A stretch of DNA of 64,000 nucleotides from a bacterium. GTDB lineage: Bacteria; Patescibacteriota; Microgenomatia; UBA1400; UBA12108. The stretch is taken from positions 96,521-160,520 of the forward strand of contig JAJYKS010000002.1 of the NCBI GenBank assembly GCA_021788365.1, read 5' to 3'. The position numbers and the translations under genes were made by a program. The notes under the pieces were generated by a model, which was given only the letters and a program-made list of their open reading frames with translations, made no database searches and was not told the origin of the DNA. Of the stretch, positions 47,290 to 57,220 are shown in pieces (within the stretch, counting starts at the first letter, position 1; each line of letters opens with the position of its first letter).

Positions 47290-49113
47290 TTGTATGCTTT
47301 GATAATGAAAACACAAAAAGTTCATATCAAAGGCATGCACTGTCGGTCGTGCGAAATCCTCATTGAGGATGAATTAAAACAAATTTCCGGGGTTAAAGGT
47401 GTCAACGTAAACCATCAAACAGGAATTGCAGACATAGAATGCGAGTGTGAACTGAACAGTGATGAGGTAAAGGTAGCTATAGAAAAAGCGGGTTATACTA
47501 TTGGTGAGGACGGTAAAATTCATTTTTTCTCACGCAATCACCGTGATTATATTGATGTCGGCATCGCCTTCTTTATTGCCACAGCATTATTTTTAATAGC
47601 TAAATCTCTGGGACTTTTTGACCTTAGTAAATCTATCTCAGGGAGTTATTCAAGTCTCCCGATCGTTTTCCTCGTTGGCTTAACTGCAGGGGTATCAACA
47701 TGTATGGCACTAGTTGGTGGATTGGTCCTCGGAGCTTCAGCACGTTTTTCAGCGCAATTCCCCAATGCAACCGGCATGGAAAAATTCAAACCACACCTGT
47801 TTTTTAATCTTGGCAGAATCGCTTCATATACTATTCTCGGGGGAGTTATTGGACTTGCCGGATCATTCATTCAGTTATCGACCTCCGTACTAGGTCTATT
47901 AACAGTAGCTGTTGGACTCGTCATGATGCTACTCGGAGGCCAACTCATCGACATCTTTCCAGTCCTCAAAAAGGTCTCATTCACCTTGCCAAAAGGAATA
48001 TCAAGAGCACTGGGTATTCAGGAGAAAACTCAGCTTGAGTACAGCAATAAAAATGCTGCCATCATGGGTGCATCGACATTTTTTCTTCCCTGTGGTTTCA
48101 CTCAGGCAATGCAACTGTTTGCCATGAGCACCGGAAGTCCAGTACAGGGAGCCTTAACTATGGGTGTTTTTGCCTTGGGCACAGCACCTGGCCTACTCGG
48201 TGTTGGCGGGTTATCGGCAGCTGTGAAAGGTAACTCTGCAAAGTTATTTTTCAAAACAGCCGGTGTTGTCGTTATTATGCTGGCGTTCTTTAATGTCTCA
48301 AACGGCCTTAACTTACTTGGTGTTCCTCAAGTGCTCGGAGCGATTACGGCAAATACAAGTGCTCCAAATTCTAGCTACGATCCGAATGTCACCATCGTAA
48401 ATGGTGTTCAGGTAGTTCGAATGACACAGGATTCTTCCGGATATTCACCAAATAAGTTTACGATCAAAAATAATGTTCCAGTCAAATGGATTGTAACATC
48501 AAAAGATGTCTTTACCTGCGCCAGCAGTATTGTGTCTCAACAACTTGATATTCGCAAGGGATTGGCATTGGGTGAAAATATATTTGAATTTACTCCAACT
48601 CAAACAGGTACTATTCGTTTTTCATGCTCAATGGGTATGTATAACGGATCATTCATAGTGGTTGATGATGCGGGTGCAACAAACTTCACACCGCTGCAGG
48701 AAAAAGCACCAATCGTACAAAACCAACCTGTTTCCGGTGCCGGTGCTTCATGTAGCGCTAACGGTGGAGGATGTGGATGCGGCGGAGGAACGAGAAAGCA
48801 GGTAACTACTTCCGCAGGAGAGACAAATACGCAAGGAACTGTTCAAATCTTGAAGGCAACCTATTCTTCTTTGAGCGATATAAAGCCAAATACTTTTACT
48901 GTTAAAGCGAATCAACCAGTACGATTTGAAATTGACGCCACTGATGATGGTCAGGGGTGTATGGGGAGCGTGACTATTCCGAGGCTTACCAATAAAGTTG
49001 AAGTATTCTCCAAAGGTCAAAAGACCGTCTTTGAATTTACCCCTACGAGTACTGGTTCATTTCCTATCACCTGCGCAATGGGAATTCCGAGGGGACAAAT
49101 ACAAGTTAATTAA
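47290..49113 (+). CDS. Fusion protein: HMA domain, then a DsbD_2/TauE-like multi-TM domain, then two C-terminal cupredoxin-like repeats
   Basis: 607 aa. N-terminus is GMHCRSCEILIED. The TM region carries FLPCGFTQA. Two C-terminal ~100-aa repeats each end in a C-x-MG motif (FSCSMGMYNG and ITCAMGIPRG). A Gly/Cys linker (CSANGGGCGCGGG) joins them. Confidence 0.55.
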   Translation: MYALIMKTQKVHIKGMHCRSCEILIEDELKQISGVKGVNVNHQTGIADIECECELNSDEVKVAIEKAGYTIGEDGKIHFFSRNHRDYIDVGIAFFIATALFLIAKSLGLFDLSKSISGSYSSLPIVFLVGLTAGVSTCMALVGGLVLGASARFSAQFPNATGMEKFKPHLFFNLGRIASYTILGGVIGLAGSFIQLSTSVLGLLTVAVGLVMMLLGGQLIDIFPVLKKVSFTLPKGISRALGIQEKTQLEYSNKNAAIMGASTFFLPCGFTQAMQLFAMSTGSPVQGALTMGVFALGTAPGLLGVGGLSAAVKGNSAKLFFKTAGVVVIMLAFFNVSNGLNLLGVPQVLGAITANTSAPNSSYDPNVTIVNGVQVVRMTQDSSGYSPNKFTIKNNVPVKWIVTSKDVFTCASSIVSQQLDIRKGLALGENIFEFTPTQTGTIRFSCSMGMYNGSFIVVDDAGATNFTPLQEKAPIVQNQPVSGAGASCSANGGGCGCGGGTRKQVTTSAGETNTQGTVQILKATYSSLSDIKPNTFTVKANQPVRFEIDATDDGQGCMGSVTIPRLTNKVEVFSKGQKTVFEFTPTSTGSFPITCAMGIPRGQIQVN

Positions 49114-49123
49114 AGGAGGATTT

Positions 49124-49327
49124 ATGAATAAACAAACAATCACATTATCAGGCCTAACCTGCGCAGCCTGCAAAAAAATTACCGAAAAAAGAATTGGCGG
49201 ACTGGATGGTGTTACAAAAGTTGAGACGACGGTTGAAACAGGTTTGGTTGCAATCGAAGCCAATAGGGAAATTTCTGCCCAAGAAATTATTACTGTATTA
49301 AAAGACACACCTTATAAAATTATTTAA
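49124..49327 (+). CDS. copZ: Copper chaperone CopZ (single HMA domain)
   Basis: 67 aa. [21 protein letters not shown] carries the GMxCxxC motif. An RBS (aaaggagga) precedes the ATG at 49124. Confidence 0.8.
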   Translation: MNKQTITLSGLTCAACKKITEKRIGGLDGVTKVETTVETGLVAIEANREISAQEIITVLKDTPYKII

Positions 49328-49337
49328 CAAAAAAACT

Positions 49338-52300
49338 ATGAACAGAACAATCGACTTAGATATTAAAGGCATGCACTGCCAATCATGCGAAATGCTGATT
49401 AAAGACGAACTTACGGCTCTTCCAGGTATTAAAGAAGTGAGTGTTGACCACAAGGCTGGTAAAGCCACAATTATTACAACCAACGGTCAGGTAACAGAGC
49501 AAACAATTATAGATGCTGTCAAAAGTGCTGGCTACCAAAGCCAGATTGTCCGAAAAGATAATCCTACCAATAGCCATTCGCTGATGACAAAAGAGCTCTT
49601 TGAACAACAAGTAAAACCACTTTTTGTGCTTCCTCCGGAGATAGAGATTGACGGAAAAGTTGGTCAAGATGAAGAGGGTCAATGGACCATTAAAGGAATA
49701 TTACGTTTCGGATCGGCACAAAAGTCCCCGTCTACACAGACAGTGACCTCCGACAGTATTATCTCAGCAGGCTCAGCAACAGGTAAAACAGAGCGCGCGA
49801 GTCTCGTCATTTCAGGCATGCATTGCTCCTCTTGTGCTGCAATTATTGAACGTCAATTAAAAAAAGTCCCAGGTGTTTCTGAAGCCAAAGTTAATTTCGC
49901 TTCAGAAAAAGCTTCAATTCTTTACGACACTGCGTCAGCCAAAGCTGACGATCTTATAAAAGCAGTAGAAAAAGCAGGATACAAAGGAATGCTTGCAAGC
50001 TCTGAAGACTCTCAAGCTCAAACCAAACGTCAACTATCGGAAATTAAAGGGCAATGGAAAAAATTTCTATTCAGCCTTGTTCTCTCATCACCGATGATTT
50101 ACTTCATGTTCTTAGATTTCTTTAATTTCTTACCGGGAGGAAAGACGTTACTTCCCTATATTGGAATTATTTCCTTCATCTTAGCAACGCCTGTACAGTT
50201 TATTAGCGGCGCAAGTTTCTATAAAGGCATGATATCAGCACTCAAGATGCGGACGTTTAATATGGATAGTCTGATTGCTATTGGGACATCAGTTGCCTAT
50301 TTCTACAGTGTCGCCAACTTTTTTTCCTTTTATAGCGCAACTGGTTCTCTGATTGGATTAAACGGCGCTAAAATACCAGAATTGTATTTCGAAACCGCCG
50401 CGTTCCTTATAACTTTCGTTATCTTGGGTAAATATCTTGAAGCAAAAGCCAAAGGCAGAACCGGCGAAGCTATCAAAAAACTCATGGGTCTACAGGCAAA
50501 AACCGCCAGAGTTATCAGAAACGGGGAAACTCTGGATATCCCGACGGACCAAGTGGTGAAAAACGATATCATTGTGGTGCGTCCAGGCGAAAAAGTACCA
50601 GTCGATGGCGTCATAATCAAGGGGGCATCATCTATTGATGAGTCCATGATCACCGGCGAAAGTATGCCGTGCGAAAAACATGTTGACGATATGGTAATTG
50701 GTGGCACAATCAATAAAGTCGGCAGCTTTGAGTTCATGGCAACGAGAATTGGCTCGGAAACGACTCTTTCGCAAATCATCCGCCTTGTGGAAGACGCACA
50801 AGGATCGAAGGCGCCTATTCAGGCAGTTGCCGATCGTATTTCAGCGTTCTTCGTTCCTGGAGTCATTACCATTGCGGCACTCACATTTGTCGTCTGGTAC
50901 TTCTTCTTGGGAGCACCACTCTCATTTGCGCTTATGGCCTTTACGGCCGTAATCGTCATTGCGTGTCCCTGTGCCCTTGGATTGGCTACACCGACCGCCA
51001 TTATGGTCGGCACAGGTGTCGGAGCCGAACATGGAATTTTAGTCAAAGGCGGAGAACCACTGGAGAGTGCCAGCAAAATCAATACCATCGTTTTTGATAA
51101 AACCGGTACGATTACCAAGGGCAAACCGGAAGTCACCGATGTTGAGGATGTAGGTTCCATGGACGAGGAAGAAGTGCTCACTATTTCAGCAAGTTTGGAG
51201 AAGCAGTCGGAACATCCACTTGCCGAGGCCATCTATTCCTACGCACAGGAAGAGAGAGTTGTTCTCAGTGATGTTGATAAGTTTGCAGCAATACCTGGAC
51301 ATGGAGTCAAAGGCACGATCGGTAAAACCGAGTATTATTTTGGCAACCGTAAGCTCATAACAGAAACCCTCAGTCTGGAAGTCGGGAAATTCGAACGCAA
51401 ACTAACCCGGATGGAAGAGCAGGGAAAGACCGCTATGATTTTGGCAACCAAAAAAGAAATCTTGGGGCTCATTGGGGTAGCTGATACGGTTAAGGAAACC
51501 TCTCGTGAGGCCGTAGAGATGCTTACCAAGATGGGTATCGAGGTTTGGATGATCACCGGCGACAATACCCGCACCGCCAAAGCTATAGCCGCTCAAGTCG
51601 GAATAACCAACGTTCTTGCTGAGGTCTTACCTCAGGACAAAGCCAATGAGGTGAAAAAACTTCAGGATGCTGGCAAGAAAGTAGCCATGGTTGGCGATGG
51701 TATCAACGACGCTCCTGCCCTAGCACAGGCTGATCTTGGTATTGCCATGGGGTCAGGCACTGATGTAGCCATGGAAGCAGGCGGAATTGTCATTATAAAG
51801 AACGATCTGCGAGATGTCGTACACGCTCTGGAACTATCAAAAACGACAGTGCAAAAAATACAACAGAATATGTTTTTTGCATTATTTTACAACGTGATTG
51901 GCATCCCAATTGCAGCACGGATATTCTCATTCGTCGGATTAGTACTCAAACCAGAGCTCGCTGGTCTTGCCATGGCGTTAAGCTCTGTATCTGTGGTCGG
52001 TAATTCGTTATTGCTGCGCAAATATAAGCCAGGCAAAAAGAACTATCTTTCCATGTTTGCTCCGGCAATCATGATGATTGCGTTTACCGTTCTATTTATC
52101 GAATTTGCCCGGTTTAGCTCAACTATGGCAGCACCAGCTAAGATGGATATTAAAGAAAAAACAAGCCAAGTGCTGATTAATAAAAATGTGATCATCGCTA
52201 AAACTTCTGAAGGCGTGGAAAAGAAGTTCTATATGGTCGATGCCAAGGCTTCAAAAGACCTAGCTAATAAACTTCCAATAGACGGTTTTAATATCGTCTA

Positions 52301-52511
52301 TATCGGTGGAAAAAAATATCTTCCGGTATATATTGGCTATGATGAGGCGCAAGTCATGATAAAAGAAAAACTCTTTACTAAAGAAGGTGACACGATTTCG
52401 GACTTCTTTGGTAATGACGTAATTGTGTCCGGTATTTTAGCCAAGACAAATACCAGTCTAGATAATTATCATTTTGTTAAAGATGGATTTAAGATCGCTT
52501 CAGCAAAATAG
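49338..52511 (+). CDS. copA: Copper-translocating P1B-type ATPase with two HMA domains and a ~200-aa C-terminal extension
   Basis: 1057 aa. HMA1 is [13 protein letters not shown]2 is [12 protein letters not shown]6 is [19 protein letters not shown] and GDGINDAP are present. After the last canonical TM comes an extra helix and a soluble domain (aa ~860-1057). Confidence 0.9.
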   Translation: MNRTIDLDIKGMHCQSCEMLIKDELTALPGIKEVSVDHKAGKATIITTNGQVTEQTIIDAVKSAGYQSQIVRKDNPTNSHSLMTKELFEQQVKPLFVLPPEIEIDGKVGQDEEGQWTIKGILRFGSAQKSPSTQTVTSDSIISAGSATGKTERASLVISGMHCSSCAAIIERQLKKVPGVSEAKVNFASEKASILYDTASAKADDLIKAVEKAGYKGMLASSEDSQAQTKRQLSEIKGQWKKFLFSLVLSSPMIYFMFLDFFNFLPGGKTLLPYIGIISFILATPVQFISGASFYKGMISALKMRTFNMDSLIAIGTSVAYFYSVANFFSFYSATGSLIGLNGAKIPELYFETAAFLITFVILGKYLEAKAKGRTGEAIKKLMGLQAKTARVIRNGETLDIPTDQVVKNDIIVVRPGEKVPVDGVIIKGASSIDESMITGESMPCEKHVDDMVIGGTINKVGSFEFMATRIGSETTLSQIIRLVEDAQGSKAPIQAVADRISAFFVPGVITIAALTFVVWYFFLGAPLSFALMAFTAVIVIACPCALGLATPTAIMVGTGVGAEHGILVKGGEPLESASKINTIVFDKTGTITKGKPEVTDVEDVGSMDEEEVLTISASLEKQSEHPLAEAIYSYAQEERVVLSDVDKFAAIPGHGVKGTIGKTEYYFGNRKLITETLSLEVGKFERKLTRMEEQGKTAMILATKKEILGLIGVADTVKETSREAVEMLTKMGIEVWMITGDNTRTAKAIAAQVGITNVLAEVLPQDKANEVKKLQDAGKKVAMVGDGINDAPALAQADLGIAMGSGTDVAMEAGGIVIIKNDLRDVVHALELSKTTVQKIQQNMFFALFYNVIGIPIAARIFSFVGLVLKPELAGLAMALSSVSVVGNSLLLRKYKPGKKNYLSMFAPAIMMIAFTVLFIEFARFSSTMAAPAKMDIKEKTSQVLINKNVIIAKTSEGVEKKFYMVDAKASKDLANKLPIDGFNIVYIGGKKYLPVYIGYDEAQVMIKEKLFTKEGDTISDFFGNDVIVSGILAKTNTSLDNYHFVKDGFKIASAK

Positions 52512-52529
52512 AGTTTGTGAGAACAACTC

Positions 52530-52656
52530 GATAGCTCGTTTCGGCAGTTACTGCAAATAACTGTGTCAGAACGAGCTATCTTGTTGACTTTGCCTCCGGT
52601 CTGTATCATAATCCGCTCAAGTTCAAAAGAGCTGCCCCTCCGATAGGGGCTTTTTT
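52530..52656 (+). promoter_or_regulatory. Control region between copA and the T4SS operon: strong nested hairpin, sigma70-like promoter, intrinsic terminator-like hairpin
   Basis: 11-bp inverted repeat GATAGCTCGTT (52530-52540) and AACGAGCTATC (52570-52580) with nested CAGTTA/TAACTG. TTGACT (52584-52589), 17 bp, CATAAT (52607-52612). GCCCCT-CCGAT-AGGGGC plus T6 (52634-52656). Confidence 0.4.
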
Positions 52657-52711
52657 GTAGCTAAAAGCCTGCCGTCTATTAACAAATTATTTATTTGTAA
52701 GGAGGTGGGTT

Positions 52712-53047
52712 ATGAATAAAAAATTAATCACTATATCTTCACTAGCCATCATGGCGCTAGTATTTGCATCTCCAGCATACGCAGCAGCAGGTGACGTCAC
52801 CAACGTTGAAACATTCATCAAGAGCATCATTCTCATTCTCGTTAAAATTGCTGGACTTGTCGCAGCCGGATTCTTTGTCTGGGGAGGGTTTGGATATATC
52901 ACCAGTTCCGGAAATCCTGAAATGCTTGATCGTTCCAAGAAAACAATTTTGTACTCTGCAATCGGGCTTGCGGTTGTTCTTGGTGCGTTTGTTTTAACAA
53001 ATATCGTATCCGACTTGGCTACCGGTGCATTTGGTGCCACGCCGTAA
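52712..53047 (+). CDS. VirB2/TrbC-like T4SS pilin candidate
   Basis: 111 aa with a signal peptide ending AYAAAG and two hydrophobic helices (IILILVKIAGLVAAGFFVWGG, ILYSAIGLAVVLGAFVL). An RBS (aggaggtg) is present. It is the first gene of the T4SS cluster. Confidence 0.45.
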   Translation: MNKKLITISSLAIMALVFASPAYAAAGDVTNVETFIKSIILILVKIAGLVAAGFFVWGGFGYITSSGNPEMLDRSKKTILYSAIGLAVVLGAFVLTNIVSDLATGAFGATP

Positions 53048-53074
53048 ATACAATTATGCACGAAAAAATACTTT

Positions 53075-54352
53075 ATGCTGAAACTGATGCTCTTGGCCGG
53101 TATCATACTTAGCTCGTTATTATTTCCTCACTCAGTTCTGGCCGCTTCTTCAATTCCTGAAATTACTTCATACACTTCGGATACACTCACCATTATCACT
53201 CTGATTGCCTCTGCGTCTGCAGTATTCTTTTTACTGCGTGGTGGGTATCTTTATATCACTTCAACCGGCAAACCGGAGGTTCTAGAAGAAGCTAAGAAAA
53301 CAATTCGTAATGCGCTACTTGGCCTTGTTCTTGTTATCGCGGCACACGCCATCGTTTCCACTCTTCAAGGTGCGCTTGTTGGCAATACAAATACAGGTAC
53401 AATATCGAATCTTCCGTTAGCCCAGATTGAAAGTGTCAAACCAAATGAGGGATTAACTCAAGTACTGATTGATGCCGTCAATGGATTTATCCAAAATATC
53501 GTGGAAAGCTCTACAAAGCCTGTGGTGGACGGAATTATGACCATGCTTACCACGACACCGGAATTACTAACAAATGGCACGATTGTTAAATTTTGGCTCA
53601 TTATGCTAGGTATTACTGATACACTTTTTGTTCTGGTTGTCGCTTTTTTGGGACTTCAGTTTATGAGTACCTCCACTTTTGGATTTGAGGAGATTGAATT
53701 CAAGCATCTGCTTCCCAGAATTGGCTTAGCCTTCCTGGGGACGAATATATCTTTGTTTCTCGCTGATTATGCCGTAAAGACTTGTAACGCTCTGGTGAGT
53801 GGCGTCATTTCAGCAACAGGTGGTCTTAATCATGCATGGATTACAAACGCTATCACACTGCAAAACATCACCACTGGAACTGCACCATTAATTACTTTGA
53901 TATTTTTACTTCTCTTCTTGATAGTCGCAATTGTTCTACTACTCATGTATATCAGTCGGCTAATCGTTATTGCACTTGGAGCTGTCCTTTCACCTTTTAT
54001 TTTTCTTCTCTGGACACTCCCAAAAACTGCTGACTTTGCCGAAATGGCAATTAAGAGCTATTTAGTCTCCGTATTTATGATCTTTATCCATGTCGTAACA
54101 ATTCAATTGGCAGGGTCGTTTCTGGCGCTTCCGGAACAAACGAATAATTCACTTATCTCAGTGGCTGTTGCAATTGGACTTCTATTTACCTTACTTAAAA
54201 TTCCGAGCTTTCTCATGCAACTTATTCTTTTCTCACGAAGTGTGGGAACGGTCAAAAGCATGGGCAGTCAGATTATTAACGTCATGAGTACAGATTCAAC
54301 ACATAAGGGAACGGTCGGAGCTAAGACACCGAGGAAGTCGATCAATATATGA
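53075..54352 (+). CDS. VirB6/TrbL-like polytopic T4SS membrane protein with an N-terminal pilin-like module
   Basis: 425 aa with at least 6 TM segments. The N-terminal ~100 aa resemble the preceding pilin (LRGGYLYITSTGKPEVLEEAKKTIRNALLGLVLV versus GGFGYITSSGNPEMLDRSKKTILYSAIGLAVV). Confidence 0.5.
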   Translation: MLKLMLLAGIILSSLLFPHSVLAASSIPEITSYTSDTLTIITLIASASAVFFLLRGGYLYITSTGKPEVLEEAKKTIRNALLGLVLVIAAHAIVSTLQGALVGNTNTGTISNLPLAQIESVKPNEGLTQVLIDAVNGFIQNIVESSTKPVVDGIMTMLTTTPELLTNGTIVKFWLIMLGITDTLFVLVVAFLGLQFMSTSTFGFEEIEFKHLLPRIGLAFLGTNISLFLADYAVKTCNALVSGVISATGGLNHAWITNAITLQNITTGTAPLITLIFLLLFLIVAIVLLLMYISRLIVIALGAVLSPFIFLLWTLPKTADFAEMAIKSYLVSVFMIFIHVVTIQLAGSFLALPEQTNNSLISVAVAIGLLFTLLKIPSFLMQLILFSRSVGTVKSMGSQIINVMSTDSTHKGTVGAKTPRKSINI

Positions 54353-54822
54353 GAACAACAATTATTCCGGCACAAATCACTACTGTCGAAGACAAAATTG
54401 CAGGATCACTGAATTTTGTTCAGATAATGCTCATGATGACACCCGTGCTCTGGGGGACCTTGGTGTATGCAATCTTTAGTCCGGTCATGAAGATATCACC
54501 ATACAAAATTAGCTTAGTTCTGTTCGTAACCGCCATATCACTCGTCTTGGCGCTCAGGATAAAAGATAAAATAATTGCTGAGTGGATTGGTATACTTCTT
54601 CGGTATAAATTACGGCCTACATATTATGTATTTAACAAAAATGACGTAAGCGAACGCATAATTGATCTGCCGTTTGAACCAACATCCCATCATAAGACTT
54701 CAGTAGCAAAAGCCGGAAAAAAACAAACAACCGAATTATCGATAGAAGAGCTAATACGTCTTGAACAGGCGATGAACTCAAAACGACTCGCTGTCTCATT
54801 TCATTATGGAAAAAGAGGATAA
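54349..54822 (+). CDS. VirB3/PrgI-like small T4SS membrane protein
   Basis: 157 aa with two TM segments immediately upstream of VirB4, as in Gram-positive T4SS. Confidence 0.4.
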   Translation: MRTTIIPAQITTVEDKIAGSLNFVQIMLMMTPVLWGTLVYAIFSPVMKISPYKISLVLFVTAISLVLALRIKDKIIAEWIGILLRYKLRPTYYVFNKNDVSERIIDLPFEPTSHHKTSVAKAGKKQTTELSIEELIRLEQAMNSKRLAVSFHYGKRG

Positions 54823-54824
54823 CT

Positions 54825-55439
54825 ATGGCGCTATTTAAGCCAAAAACACAATCATCACGTCAGCAGATCCAGATCAAAAAGGTCTTTGATAATGTATTGG
54901 TGTTACCAAACCAAGAATACCGGATGATTCTTGAAACGTCCTCCATTAACTTTGAGCTCAAGAGTGAAGAAGAGCAGGATGTGATGATCGACAGTTTTCA
55001 AAATTTCCTCAATGCGCTACCGTGCCAAATTCAAATACTCGTTCGGGTCAGGGAAATCGATATCGATAAATACGCAGAAGATGTAGCGAGATCAAAGGAT
55101 AAAGAAAAAGATCCCATCTACCGGAAACAAATAGAGGGATACAGCGCATTTGTCAAAAAGCTGGTATCCGGCAACAGTATCCTTTCCCGACGGTTCTATA
55201 TTATTTTGCCATATCACCATCCAGATCGTCACGAAGATTGGAAAGTGATCAAAGAACACCTCAATCTAAATCGCGATATTGTCGTCAAAGGCTTGGAACG
55301 GATGCAGATGAAGGCAAAGGTTCTCTCGAGCCTGGAAATTATCAATCTGTTCTACAGTTTTTATAATCCTGAGTCGGTGAAAACTCAGGCAATTACCAAA
55401 GAGGCATTATCAGCACTATTCACTCATAATTATGTTTAA
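54825..55439 (+). CDS. VirB4/TraC-like ATPase, N-terminal domain (separate ORF)
   Basis: 204 aa. It ends 8 nt inside the next ORF. Together the two ORFs give ~799 aa, the usual VirB4 size. Confidence 0.55.
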   Translation: MALFKPKTQSSRQQIQIKKVFDNVLVLPNQEYRMILETSSINFELKSEEEQDVMIDSFQNFLNALPCQIQILVRVREIDIDKYAEDVARSKDKEKDPIYRKQIEGYSAFVKKLVSGNSILSRRFYIILPYHHPDRHEDWKVIKEHLNLNRDIVVKGLERMQMKAKVLSSLEIINLFYSFYNPESVKTQAITKEALSALFTHNYV

Positions 55440-57219
55440 TCTAACCAAAATCAAACCTATTCGGGATTGGCAGAGGCGCCAAAAGAAAAAACGCCTCACT
55501 CATCAGGCGATCAATATCACGTTTGGTGAACAAGACCAACTTGAGCTTATGTCCTATGCCGGAATGAAAGAAGAATCCAGTTATTTGCAGATCAATGATA
55601 CGTTCGTGAGAACTCTGTTTGTGTCAGGTTACCCATATGTTGCTTCAACCGGTTGGCTATCGATGCTCGTAAACTTCAACCACAATATCGATATCAACTA
55701 CCATATAGAGCAAATTGACCCACTCATTGCCTTGCCTAAATTGAATCGGAAGATTACAGAACTTGAATCTACTAAACGCACCATGCTCAAAGAGGGTCGG
55801 GTGATTGGGAGTGAAATTACTGATCCGCTCGAATCGGCCATGGAGCTTAAAGATAAAATTCAACGAGGTATGGAAAAGCTGTTTCAGGTCTCAATCTATA
55901 TGACTGTTACTGCCGATAGTCTTGTTGAGCTTAATAAAGTCACAAAACTACTGGAAACGGTCATGCAGACACGACTTTTCTACATTAAGCCAGCGACGTT
56001 TCAACAAGTCGAAGCACTTCAATCCATATTGCCCAGAGGTGAAAACAAATTAGCTCAGAAACGAAATCTGGATAGCTCAAGCGCCGCCTTGACCTTCCCG
56101 TTTGTCTCATCTGAACTCGTCCAAGAATCAGGCATCTTATATGGTATCAACAAATCAAATAACTCACTGGTCATTATCGACCGGTATAGTTTAAACAACG
56201 CCAACTCGATAATTTTTGCCCAGAGTGGATCCGGAAAAAGCTTTACCGCTAAAGTCGAGATACTCCGGCACCTCATGCAAGGCACAAAAGTCATTGTGAT
56301 CGACCCAGAACGCGAATATAAACAACTGGCCAAAAGTGTGGGTGGTACATATATCAAGCTATCAAGTACATCCAAGGAAAAGATTAATCCGTTTGATTAC
56401 TCCCAGAATTCGGTGACGGGTGAAAATAGCCTCACTGAACACATCCAAGACCTGACAGAACTCATTTCTCTTATGGTTGGCTCTCTGACCTCCGAAGAGC
56501 GGGCAACAGTCGACAGAGCCCTCCTACAAACGTATAAGAACGTAGGGTTAAGTAAGAGAAAGAACGGGAAAAAGCCAGCAAAAATTGTATATCCACTCCT
56601 CAAAGACTTTTACAACGAGCTTAAGGCATTAAAACATAAAGACCTTTGCAATCGGCTTGAACGGTTTGTGAAAGGGTCACTTGGTGGAGTATTCGATTCC
56701 CAAACCAACATTGAGATGAATAATCGCCTCGTCGTGTTTGATATTAAAGATCTCAGCGAGTCCTTACGTCAAATCATGATGATGGTGGTTGCTAACTTCG
56801 TACATAGCGAAGTCAAACAGAGTCCACAAAAGCGCATGTTAGTTATCGATGAGGGTTGGATACTCCTACAAGAGCCGGAGAGCGCCAGATTTATCTCAGG
56901 CTTAGTACGACGCGCCAGAAAATACTATCTGGGAGTCACCATTATCACGCAACAAGCCAACGATTTTCTTTCACAGGAATACGGCAAAGCAGTAGCCAGC
57001 CAATCCTCCCTGCGCATATTAATGAGACAAGATACAACCACCATCAAAAAAGTTGCCGAAGAGTTTCACCTCTCAGCCTTTGAACAGCACTATTTATTAA
57101 CGTGCGAGCGGGGTGAGGCATTAATTATTGCCGATCAGAATCATGTTGCTGTTAAAGTAGTGGCATCTGAGGAAGAACACCCGCTTCTTACAACTGATCC
57201 TCGGGAAATATACATCTGA
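55432..57219 (+). CDS. VirB4/TraC/CagE-like T4SS ATPase (ATPase domain)
   Basis: 595 aa with Walker A FAQSGSGKSFTAK, Walker B LVIDEGWILL and a VirB4 C-terminal pattern. Confidence 0.85.
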   Translation: MFNLTKIKPIRDWQRRQKKKRLTHQAINITFGEQDQLELMSYAGMKEESSYLQINDTFVRTLFVSGYPYVASTGWLSMLVNFNHNIDINYHIEQIDPLIALPKLNRKITELESTKRTMLKEGRVIGSEITDPLESAMELKDKIQRGMEKLFQVSIYMTVTADSLVELNKVTKLLETVMQTRLFYIKPATFQQVEALQSILPRGENKLAQKRNLDSSSAALTFPFVSSELVQESGILYGINKSNNSLVIIDRYSLNNANSIIFAQSGSGKSFTAKVEILRHLMQGTKVIVIDPEREYKQLAKSVGGTYIKLSSTSKEKINPFDYSQNSVTGENSLTEHIQDLTELISLMVGSLTSEERATVDRALLQTYKNVGLSKRKNGKKPAKIVYPLLKDFYNELKALKHKDLCNRLERFVKGSLGGVFDSQTNIEMNNRLVVFDIKDLSESLRQIMMMVVANFVHSEVKQSPQKRMLVIDEGWILLQEPESARFISGLVRRARKYYLGVTIITQQANDFLSQEYGKAVASQSSLRILMRQDTTTIKKVAEEFHLSAFEQHYLLTCERGEALIIADQNHVAVKVVASEEEHPLLTTDPREIYI

Positions 57220-57220
57220 C

